DNA of 20,000 nt from Priapulus caudatus (lineage: Eukaryota), in the NCBI RefSeq assembly GCF_000485595.1, contig NW_014577086.1, positions 58,617-78,616 of the forward strand. Direction: 5' to 3'. Of the stretch, positions 11,033-20,000 are shown in pieces. Below the pieces are notes generated by a model, which was not told the origin of the DNA, did not search any database, and was given only the letters and a program-made list of their open reading frames with translations. The position numbers and the translations under genes are program-made. Numbering within the stretch: the first letter of the stretch is position 1; the number at the start of each line of letters is the position of its first letter.

Positions 11033-11334
11033 AAGCCGTGATGTTAAAGAGAGAGAGGAAGCCATGATGGTTAGAGGGAGAGAGGAAGCCATGATGGTTA
11101 GAGGGAGAGAGGAAGCCATGATGGTTAGAGGGAGAGAGGAAGCCGTGATGGTTAGAGGGAGAGAGGAAGCCGTGATAGTTATAGAGAGAGAGGAAGCCAT
11201 GAGGGTTAGAGGGAGAGAGGAAGCCATGATGGTTAGAGGGAGAGAGGAAGCCGTGATGGTTAGAGGGAGAGAGGAAGCCGTGATGGTTAGAGGGAGGGAA
11301 GAGGCTTCTTCTCTCCCTCTAACCATCACGGCTA
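11033..11334. repeat. 27-bp minisatellite (about 10 copies) ending in an inverted copy
   Basis: Unit AAGCCRTGATGGTTAGAGGGAGAGAGG starts at 11033, 11059, 11086, 11113, 11140, 11167, 11194, 11221, 11248 and 11275; an inverted unit follows at about 11306-11333. The left end runs into the N-gap. Confidence 0.95.
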
Positions 11335-11505
11335 ATAATAATCACTTGTGGCTTTTTGACAAAATAAAACAAGCTACAATTTATATTCTAGATTAGTGTC
11401 AGTCACCAGCACCTTTGCAGTATTGTTTTTCTGCTATTATTAGTAACTCTTTTGTCTGTATATTACAGATAAACAGAATCATCGAAAAACCGATTGCCAT
11501 AAGCA

Positions 11506-11895
11506 ATGGTTAATGGGGCATGCACTGAATTAGATGAAGAGCCTCAGCCTCAGCCACAGATGAGAGTGAAGATAGGTTCTTCTCCCACTACTACTGTCAC
11601 CACACCCCTAATGGGTCAGCAGCAATCAGCCGAGGCATATTTAGCGAAACACAAAATTCTTCAAAGATTTCAGGTACAAGATTATAAATATATTATTTAG
11701 TATACTGCCACCTTGAAGAGGCCCTACCCACATTAAACGAAATTCCTTAATGTAATTTTATTAGCATTTGTAAACTAAATAATTTCCCAATGCTGCTGCT
11801 GTTGGCAGGATATGATGTCATTACTGGTTGTTGAACAGCCTGACGATCCAATTGGATACCTATATGACAATCTGTCGGATGTATGGAAGCAGTGA
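11506..11895 (+). CDS. Small (84 aa) protein with C-terminal RIIa/Dpy-30-like dimerisation/docking domain (TEX55/EFCAB10-like class)
   Basis: Exons 11506-11673 (CAG|gtacaa) and 11809-11895 (ggcag|GAT) join in phase 0 to give AEAYLAKHKILQRFQDMMSLLVVEQPDDPIGYLYDNL, which fits the YL..H.I...F..L...L....P.DP..YL D/D pattern. Upstream acceptor at 11468/11469 with an in-frame TAA at 11470 makes 11506 the start. AATAAA at 11978-11983. Confidence 0.8.
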
Positions 11896-11977
11896 GAACA
11901 GCCAACAGCTAACATAAGTTGCGAGTAGTATTTCACTTCTACTAAAGTAATGTGTATATATTACTGTGTATATATGT

Positions 11978-11983
11978 AATAAA
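11978..11983 (+). terminator. Polyadenylation signal of the docking-domain gene
   Basis: AATAAA about 80 nt after the TGA at 11895. Confidence 0.6.
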
Positions 11984-12845
11984 ATGTCCTGTTCAATTTG
12001 TATTCAAATAGCACATTTGTATTCAAGTTTATGTAGTGTACTGTAAAAACTTATAGTAGCAATTACATAATAAAAACACCAAAAGTACTGATTATTATGG
12101 ATTAATATTTTTGTCTCGCTGATTGATATATACAAGGTCTGTAGCCTGCTATAACAATAATAAACCTTCAATATTGTACATGGAATGTAACAACCCAGTA
12201 TCAATGTTGCATTAAATAACATTATTAAAAATGCAAACTTACTCTCCGAAACAAAATGAATAAACAATGTTAGATAGAGACTAACTGCTAGTGCAAAATT
12301 AAATGTCACAGAATTTGGAAAACATAGTTGCACGTATCAATATATCACAGTAGTATAATAATACAGGCAAGTGTGCAACATCACATGTACAGTCATCAAC
12401 TAATTATAGACCCTAGCTGCCGTTGCCTTATGAATAACCAAACAATGCAAAAATTTGCATAGTTTATGATGAATTAAATGATTTTACTATATAAAATCAC
12501 AAAAACTAAACAGTGTTTGTGTGCTACAACTTGCTTCAACCATTCAACTACAGAAACACTAAATGCAGTCAGCACTATACCAAGTTTAATTTTTCGAAAA
12601 AAACTGTAGGAAAACACTATAACAGGGTCTTGTATGTTAGAGACAATAATCATGTTGCCTATTACATGTGAGAACACATTCGAAACTATTTAGCCTAACA
12701 TAACAAAAACAAATCGATCATGAATCTTGCACACCATCAAAATGACAATGTATGTACAGCCGTGTGAAAGATACAATATACAACTCAATCAAAGTGCTGA
12801 GATAGTTTTCCTGTGATGATCACAATTGAAAAATGTTCTTCCGTA

Positions 12846-15800
12846 TCAGTTTTTCCATCTTGTTGCCTAAAAACCAGAGCAGAAAATCAAAGTGTGAGAT
12901 AAACCTAACTAACTGCCCAGCATTTATTCGTAAACGCCCATTAATTTTAAATATGTATCAAAATTCTTATACACCAATACACAACTTATACAATAGAGGG
13001 TGCTACTTACTGGGTTTCTTAATGCCACCTGTGCATGCATTGCATCATTAGTACCTTCCTGAAGTTTACTGGCATAGTTGAGCAATTCCTGCCTGTCTCT
13101 GAGTTCAACCAACGCCTGTGCAACAAGTGGAAGATAACATAAACCGCCATTGTATAGCAATTAGTGTTGTCAATCGGTTGTAATTTCGTAATCGATCATC
13201 GGTTGGACCCAAGTAACCGATGATCGGTTACTCGGGGTGTTGAATGCCTGCGTGTGCGTAACGTCGTGTGCATGTACGTGTGTGCATGTATGTGCTTGTT
13301 TAGCCCTGTTTACTGTTTGTTTTGCACTGTTTACTACTGTGTGTATAATACATGTACTGATTCTCATCACTTTTCTAAGTTTTCTTGTTCAAATTTTTAA
13401 AAAAAAATTTCGATTAAATCGATTATGATAACCAAGCGCTTGGTTCGAGCCACTGTTCAACCGATAATCGAGTATAATCGATGATCGTGACATCACTAAT
13501 AGCAATATAAAATCATGTTGTTTTAAAGGGATACTAGACTAGGATTATACTGTATACAACTGTACTTACTGTATAACAAATCGTCTATACCCACACGTAC
13601 TTGTTACCAGATTCCTAATTTAATTGTTATAATTAATTCTACATCAACGCGCGAAATTTGAAACGGCGCCATTGCCACCCGCGACCGTCTGCACCCTGAA
13701 AAAGTTGCGCATTGCCAATTTATATGCACGTTACAGACGAGGGCTATACAAAAAGGTGCAATATATTTACTAAAATGCTGTTTAACGCGAACGATTCATT
13801 TAGGACAAATTTATCCATAATATAACTGAAACTATATGTCGTTTATAAGATATTACAATCCATTTTGCTTTAAATTAATAAATAAGAAACACCTCTCGGT
13901 CTGTAGCCCTTGGCTGAAAAGTGGTTTACGCAACTTATCAGACTATGCGCTTTGAGTTCGCCACCGTCGTTGTAATCAACTGTAGTCGTTAGTTTTAAAA
14001 CATTAAAAAAAATATTCTTAAATGGTGCATTGAAACATGAACTTTAAATGTAGGTAATTTTAACGCTACTTAACTGACAAATTAACTGAAAATAACCCTA
14101 GAACCTAGAGTAAAGGATCCCTTTAAATAGCAGGTTAATGACCACAAATGTACTAACAGAATTACAGGTGAACACTACACTGCTTAAGCAAGACAATAGA
14201 TGTACATAGTGTCATATAAAACAATTAAGTGAAACATGGTTAAACAGTGCTACCCTTGTACTCACATCAATAACGACCACATGGCATTTCAGTTTTCTAG
14301 CAATTGTGAGTCGCTGCTCTATCCCGTCCACTAACCGCAGATACTTATCGATGACCTGTGGAAATTGTGTGCAAATAATTGGTGTTTTTTCAGTAAATGT
14401 CTTGCACATCTTAGTTGCTATCAGATAAGGATTTTTGGTTTCAACTCATTTGTAGGCTGCAAAATAAATGTACATTATATGAAATGTAATAATAACTTGC
14501 TTCAAAATGATTAAATTATAGACTGTTAATTCTTACAATCTTTATCACATTGACTTGACATCAACTGCAAATCTATTTGCTGGTTAAATTGCCAAAGACA
14601 CAAATGAATGGTGAACAATCTTGTTTCTAAATAGAACAGTCAATCTAGAATGCTTATATACCCTAGAATACCTGTTGTATTTCGTATATTTGGTAATATG
14701 CTGAGTTATACATTTGATCTGCATAATCTGATGTAAACCACAAAGATATTTTACGCATTTACTTGCAATCAAACAGTCGCAGGTACACATGCCATTCTCT
14801 GCTGCAATATTTTTGTGTAAGGCCTAAAAGAAGGTCTAAATTGCCTTGAGCACGTACCGAATACAGATGTCCTACCAACTACTAGCATTATCACTCACCT
14901 CTGGTGGTGCCCCGGTTCGAAACAAGACGTCTACAACTCTGTCGAAAGACACTGGCGACTTCATCTTGTGGTGGCCAAACCACGACTTGCTCGCGAAAAG
15001 CTCGTCGATGTCGCGCCAGTGGCGTATGCTCGAGCGCGCGCTCAGCGCCACCCACAGATACTGCTTGCTCGTGAGGTTATACTTCTTGCGCAGCGCGGCC
15101 GGACACGCAAGGTTATTCTCCGGCAGTCCATAGTGGTAGAAGCAGCAGTAGTAGAGCGTCGCGAGGACAGGCACGCCCAGCAGCGGCCGCGTGCGCGGGA
15201 ACTCCTTGAATATCGCCGTCTTGCCTTCGCGCTCGAGCTGAGCATCGTACTCGTTGATGGGCAGCTGCGTTTCCAGCAAGGAGAGCTGCTGTAGCACCAT
15301 GCTCGTGTTGTACGCCAGCGACGGGTCCATGCTGAAATGCGCGCTGTGGGAAACACGCATCGACGAACGATCAGGGTTGCGCACCACGAGGTTGGTTTTA
15401 GTAAAATTTAACTAGTATATCTGTATGAGTCATCACGCTAGGTAGACGTGTCGATGAGTGCATGGAACGTGACTGAATTAGTGCAGAGCTATGTACAAAG
15501 TCGAACACACTGTAACAGCTCTTACCCTAAACACTGCTTCAAGTTGCGTATCTTCACCTGTTGTTCTACTGGACTCACCGCTTGCTTGTACTTCAACATG
15601 GCCGCTTCCTCTGATCTACCGAACAACCTGTAAATGGGGAATGAGTACATCTCAGTTGTGCGACTTTTGCGACCAGCTTTGATCACAACAAATTCTTTTC
15701 TGGCCAACTATTTCTATATCTATCTTGTGATCATATGCCTGTATAAAACAATGCAGACAAAACAGTGCTATAATTAACATTCACGTCTCAAATTTACATA

Positions 15801-18374
15801 ATGCATTTCTGCGACCTTGTAACGGTATTGGTAAGCTGCACACCCCAAAATATCCGCAAGCTGATTGTACTCTCGGCTGCTCTTGAGATAGATTAGGTAG
15901 TGATTCGTAGCAACAGGTCGCCTCATCATCTCATGATGAAAAATCTGGGCTTTAACTGTAGACTTCAGGAACAGAACAGCAGCCATGATGGCGTTTCCAT
16001 CATGCATCGCAGTAGCCGTGTCAAGCAAACTTAGTTTGTCCTCTTTTGACTTGTATGCCTCGAGGGAGTAGGGCTAAAGTAGCAAATTGAGATACCATGT
16101 TACCAGCTTAGCAGTAATTTTTGACATAATCACATTTCACGCAGTACCCTGGGGGACATAGACCCTATGAGCATTACCTGACATCTGGTGGCGACCATAA
16201 TCAACTGACAGAACAGGTTGAAAAAACCAACTGACCTGCAGTTAAAATTGCTAAGTAAAATTCACCAATATTTAAATATGATTCCATGAAATCTGATCAC
16301 ATAATTTCAAACATTTAGTCCTCTGACTACCTCTCCTAGAATAATCCTCTTCACTGTCTCCCTGACTGGCAGCTTCTCCCATCTGTCTCGTCTGGCAAGG
16401 TTTAACTGTCTGCGCAAGAACTGCACCTCAGCTTCAATTTTTGAGACGTCTGTCAAGCTGGGAACACGCTTTGCACCTTGTACGGCATCGCTGATGCTGC
16501 TCGTTAGGCTGTCTGGCGATGGTTTTGGCACAGTGACACCTACAGAAGTAAGATATGTGACAATTACATTTAATTTTTCGAATTTTATAAATACAAACTG
16601 ACCTACTATTATAGTGCAGCTATTTAGTCATGGGAGTATTTGGGAAGTATGCTGTCATTCTCTTTTAGGCATATTCTACTGAACGACAGGGGCACATCAT
16701 CTATCCCACTCTATAATGAAGAACCGATGTCTTACAAAACATTTAATATTACACTCTCGGCAGTGAAAGTTGCATTTGAAACCTGCATGTAAGCTTAATC
16801 ATACACATGTACTTAGTTATTTTAAAAATTGCAATGAATAATTCATGTGATGATATTCTGGTTGCATGACAACAGCAGGTGCAAAATTAGAAATACATGT
16901 ATTAATATTTTGGCACAATACTCATGGACGATTTTCATTCGATCTGGCCAACAAAATTACTAGACATTAAAGCGAGGATTTCTCTTTACCAACTGTTTTC
17001 ATGTTTTCTCAGCCGTTCTGATCCTTACCAGTACTCCTTGCATAACACTAAATGTATATAGTAAGGCTAACATGTCATAGAACACTCAAACAATATTCTT
17101 TCCACTAATGTGTGCACAGATCTGCATTTCAAAATAGATTGTTCACATATGTCAACGAACATATAGCGTAAGTGATTTTTGCTCTCTCGAGACCAGAACA
17201 CTGTCTCTCCAGTAGATTAGTTACCTTTGTATACATTTCAAGATAGGTGCCAGTCTATAAATATTTGGTCACATAACTACGTGCATTTGTTTTGTGGGAC
17301 CATATGACCATTCCATTATCGCAAATCTGAAGATAGCAGGTGCGCGTTTGCTGTTCATCTGCTGTTTTATAGCCTATAAGTAAAAAGTCTGCTAGTAATA
17401 GTTGAGACTCAATTTGTTTACACTTATGCAGTTTTCCAATTTATTTATGACACAATCACAGTTTAAAGGCAGAAACCATCTATACTCACCCACATTTGAC
17501 ACCCGACTCTGACCACTTAAAGAAGAGTTACTGCTGCTTCTACTAGCAGAGTTAGAGGTGACCTTCCGTGGAGCTAGATGACTAGTTGGAGATGACCGAT
17601 AGCGCACTGATTTCAAGTCTGTTAAATACATCAAACAACAAATGTTAAGCTGTGACCAGTTCGGTTGCAGATATAATAAATAACGCCTGTAGAGAATTTG
17701 CACACAAGTAGTTTTCGACTGCATATTTTCTTTACAAGTTTCCAAATTTCTTGTTAAATTTTCTACCTCAATATAACTACTATGTTTACAGTGTGTCTAT
17801 CTAACATAAGTTCAGTACCATAAAAGCCACAATAATAACATATTCTTAATAATTTCTAACCCATATGATGACATGTATATAGACTTCACAAACACGTCAA
17901 ACAATTTATGTGGTTGACATGGTTACCTGACGTGAGGGACGAACCACTTGATGTGCTGCTTCCATCCCAATTAATGATGTCTTCCTCTGTGTTTCCCATC
18001 TCCCCCAGACCTTCCTTCATTGTCTTTGACAGGTCCTTTACCTTGTTACGGCTGACACCAAGCAGCATAATGCCTTCCTACGCCAAAGATAATTATAACC
18101 AGGATTCAGTAACTAGAAGTATTACTATCCCACACAATGCAAGCCTAACAGATAACATAAAATATTGACCAGAGCATTTGGACCAGTTATAAGGATTAAG
18201 AATGACCTTTGAAGGAGTTGATTCAGATTAATATAACTACAGCGATGCCAACAAGTAAAAATTACATACGGCATCATCGTTGTCATCAAATATTGAAGCT
18301 TTATTCTTCATGCTGGAGGACATCCAATAATCTTCGTCGTCCTCTTCCATCGAGCGTGTTCGAGTCCCTGCCAT
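12846..18374 (-). CDS. VIPAS39: Spermatogenesis-defective protein 39 homolog (VIPAS39/SPE-39, VPS33B-interacting, Vps16-like); 10 coding exons, 528 aa
   Basis: Hand-spliced exons (minus strand): 18374-18270, 18077-17927, 17618-17490, 16539-16331, 16073-15844, 15627-15526, 15343-14899, 14355-14266, 13115-13011, 12866-12846. All introns are GT-AG with matching phases; total 1587 nt, open to TGA. The product has VIPAS39 hallmarks as I recall them from the human protein: N-terminal EDDEDYWMSSS..KASIFDD, core PYSLEAYKSKEDKLSLLDTATAMHDGNAIMAAVLFLKSTV, and C-terminal ...RWKN*. Extra small exons in the poorly conserved N-terminal part cannot be excluded. Confidence 0.95.
13162..13498. mobile_element. 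hAT-type MITE in VIPAS39 intron 8
   Basis: TIRs TAGTGTTGTCA / TGACATCACTA (1 mismatch), exact 8-bp TSD ATAGCAAT (13154-13161, 13499-13506), and repeated subterminal AATCG/AACCG motifs at both ends. Confidence 0.9.
13527..14122. mobile_element. Kolobok-like MITE (TTAA target) in VIPAS39 intron 8
   Basis: TTAA|AGGGATACTAGACTAGG ... CCTAGAGTAAAGGATCCCT|TTAA: imperfect TIRs with AG..CT termini, flanked by TTAA on both sides. Confidence 0.7.
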
Positions 18375-18497
18375 TGCTCAGTGCTTAAAAGATATATACA
18401 AGACAAGCTATTGTAACCATAGATACAAAACTTTGTGTCTGATCTAATCACGACTTCTAGAATAACATGCTGCTAGGCTATAGTAACTATATACTAT

Positions 18498-19238
18498 CAG
18501 GGACTGAAAATAGTGGTTTTTGCCCCCAGGTGCAGGACTTTTCAGCAATATTTTTGTAAGGCCCGATGAAAGATTTGGAAGGTCCGAATATGAAGTTTCT
18601 GACACGTGTACTGTCATATTTTGTGTCTTTTGTTAATCTACTCGTTGTAGTTTTACTTTTCACATCATCACATTTTGCATTTTTCGACAAAGTACAAGTA
18701 GTTTTGGTTTTATTTTGCAAGTCATTTGTAAAGTTTGTTTGGCTAATAGATTGGTTGGTAACAGTGGGTCCGTTTTTTGATACAAAACCAAGCTTAAACA
18801 AACTCATGTTTGCCCTTGTTTGATACAATACATAAATTGTCTGCAGGCATTCCGAGTTACTCGCACATGCACCGAGTTACTTATGGTATGCTGAAACTGC
18901 ACGCGCATCCGCATTAACTTCCGTTATAAACAACCATGCTACTAAATAACGCTGCAGCATACGCTATCAGTACGTGTAATTTCGATCAGATTTTCGGTAA
19001 ACTTGAACCATTATACTTGGTATGTTTCATCGTGAATATTAAATATGATACTAGACGTCGAAAGTGACCAAAAATCTATCTACTTTTGCTTTATTTCTTC
19101 GCAATTTGCAATGGTTTAATGATGTTTTATTTAATGAAAGTGGAGTACTGTAAATTATTGATAGGGCCGACGGACCGAAGGTCCGAGCATGAAATCGGCA
19201 GGTCCCGGACCTCGGACTTGCCCCATTTTCAGCCCCAG
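18498..19238 (-). mobile_element. Internally deleted hAT-like DNA transposon with 5-bp TSD, retaining a possible transposase N-terminus
   Basis: TIRs CAGGGACTGAAAAT / ATTTTCAGCCCCAG (12/14), ACTAT on both flanks (18493-18497, 19239-19243), GGTCCG/CGGACC subterminal repeats. Internal minus-strand ORF from ATG 18807 (MSLFKLGF...KYDSTRVRNF). Confidence 0.65.
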
Positions 19239-19569
19239 ACTATTGAAACAATGTTTAAGCGAATGTACATTTCTTATATTTGCTAGCCTTCTACGTGTTG
19301 AAAACTACAGTGCAACCTGCACACACCCTCCACACTGTTGAGTGTTGTGTTAGAAAATGGTGTGCACGTACAACTGCATACTACATACAGTAATACACAT
19401 GATACAACAATATATCAATCATATATGTACGTATCATACCGTTTCACAGAATAATGAACTACATAGCTTACTGCGCAGAATGTAACACTCTACTCCAAAT
19501 GCGTAGCACAACAGATCAGGCACTATTATGCTAATGCTTTGGGCTTTGCCATTACCGTTAGTAATGCAC

Positions 19570-19717
19570 GAAGGGTCGTTGTCGTATAGGGTACTACATA
19601 TATGTACTCGAGGTAACTATCTGATATGGTTAGGGTTAGGGTTAGGGTTAGGGAGTAGGCGTAGGCGACTGCCTAGACTAGCATTATCTCGGGTACCTAT
19701 ACGACAACGACCCCTTC
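19570..19717. mobile_element. MITE carrying (TTAGGG)4
   Basis: Inverted ends GAAGGGTCGTTGTCGTATAGG / CCTATACGACAACGACCCCTTC; four TTAGGG units at 19630-19653. A related end occurs at about 9918-10100. No clear TSD. Confidence 0.75.
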
Positions 19718-20000
19718 AGCGTTAGTAATACTCGTAATATTGACATTATTATTATGCCTGTGACCACAGGCACTTCGAACGTCTCAATAAAAAAAAAATT
19801 ATGTATTACTACCAAGGTCTTTATGTTTCTCTACTCTATTTCGATCGCCTATTATTGCCGATAATTACCCGTAAATGCCGGTCAAATGCTCATCTTCAAC
19901 AAACAAGTACACCGCACGCCCGCCCTGTGCACAAACAACATAAATAAGAGAGCTCTCCATGAATAAGAGAGCTCTCCTATCGAGTTATTCATGTTGTTTG

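Noticed and set aside
11033..11334. 27-bp repeats as a CRISPR array or a coding repeat (EEAMMVRGR)n
   Set aside because: Units are head-to-tail with no unique spacers, there are no cas genes, the context is eukaryotic, and the ORFs on both strands arise only because the unit length is a multiple of 3.
12004..12677. Hydrophobic minus-strand ORFs downstream of VIPAS39
   Set aside because: AT-rich 3'UTR/intergenic sequence giving F/I/L/Y-biased chance ORFs with no recognisable motifs.
14846..15356. Overlapping antisense and alternative-frame ORFs over VIPAS39 exon 7
   Set aside because: Expected by-product of high GC (few stop codons) in a real coding exon.
19944..19978. Twice-repeated AATAAGAGAGCTCTCC containing a 10-bp palindrome
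   Set aside because: Only two copies at the window edge; not interpretable without downstream sequence.

Overview
AT-rich eukaryotic (invertebrate-animal-like) genomic scaffold with spliceosomal GT-AG introns, microsatellites and two assembly gaps (2051-2408, 11023-11032). It is not prokaryotic and has no CRISPR array. The main gene is a complete 10-coding-exon VIPAS39/SPE-39 homologue on the minus strand (18374->12846, 528 aa as reconstructed by hand). Convergent with it is a small two-coding-exon plus-strand gene for an 84-aa protein with an RIIa/Dpy-30-like dimerisation/docking domain (11506-11895), preceded by an orphan THAP zinc-finger exon (10718-10946). A probable decayed four-TM (claudin-like) gene lies at about 5617-7242 (-). 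The rest is dense in non-autonomous DNA transposons, recognised from their TIRs and target-site duplications (TTAA, TA, 5, 8 and 9 bp), some of them nested. The most unusual features are a 27-bp minisatellite that seems to have grown from one arm of a palindromic mini-element, a perfect 46-bp-arm hairpin element with a 9-bp TSD nested in a TTAGGG-carrying MITE family, and a possible THAP/docking-domain chimeric or bicistronic transcript. I cannot support a wholly new multi-gene system from this sequence alone.
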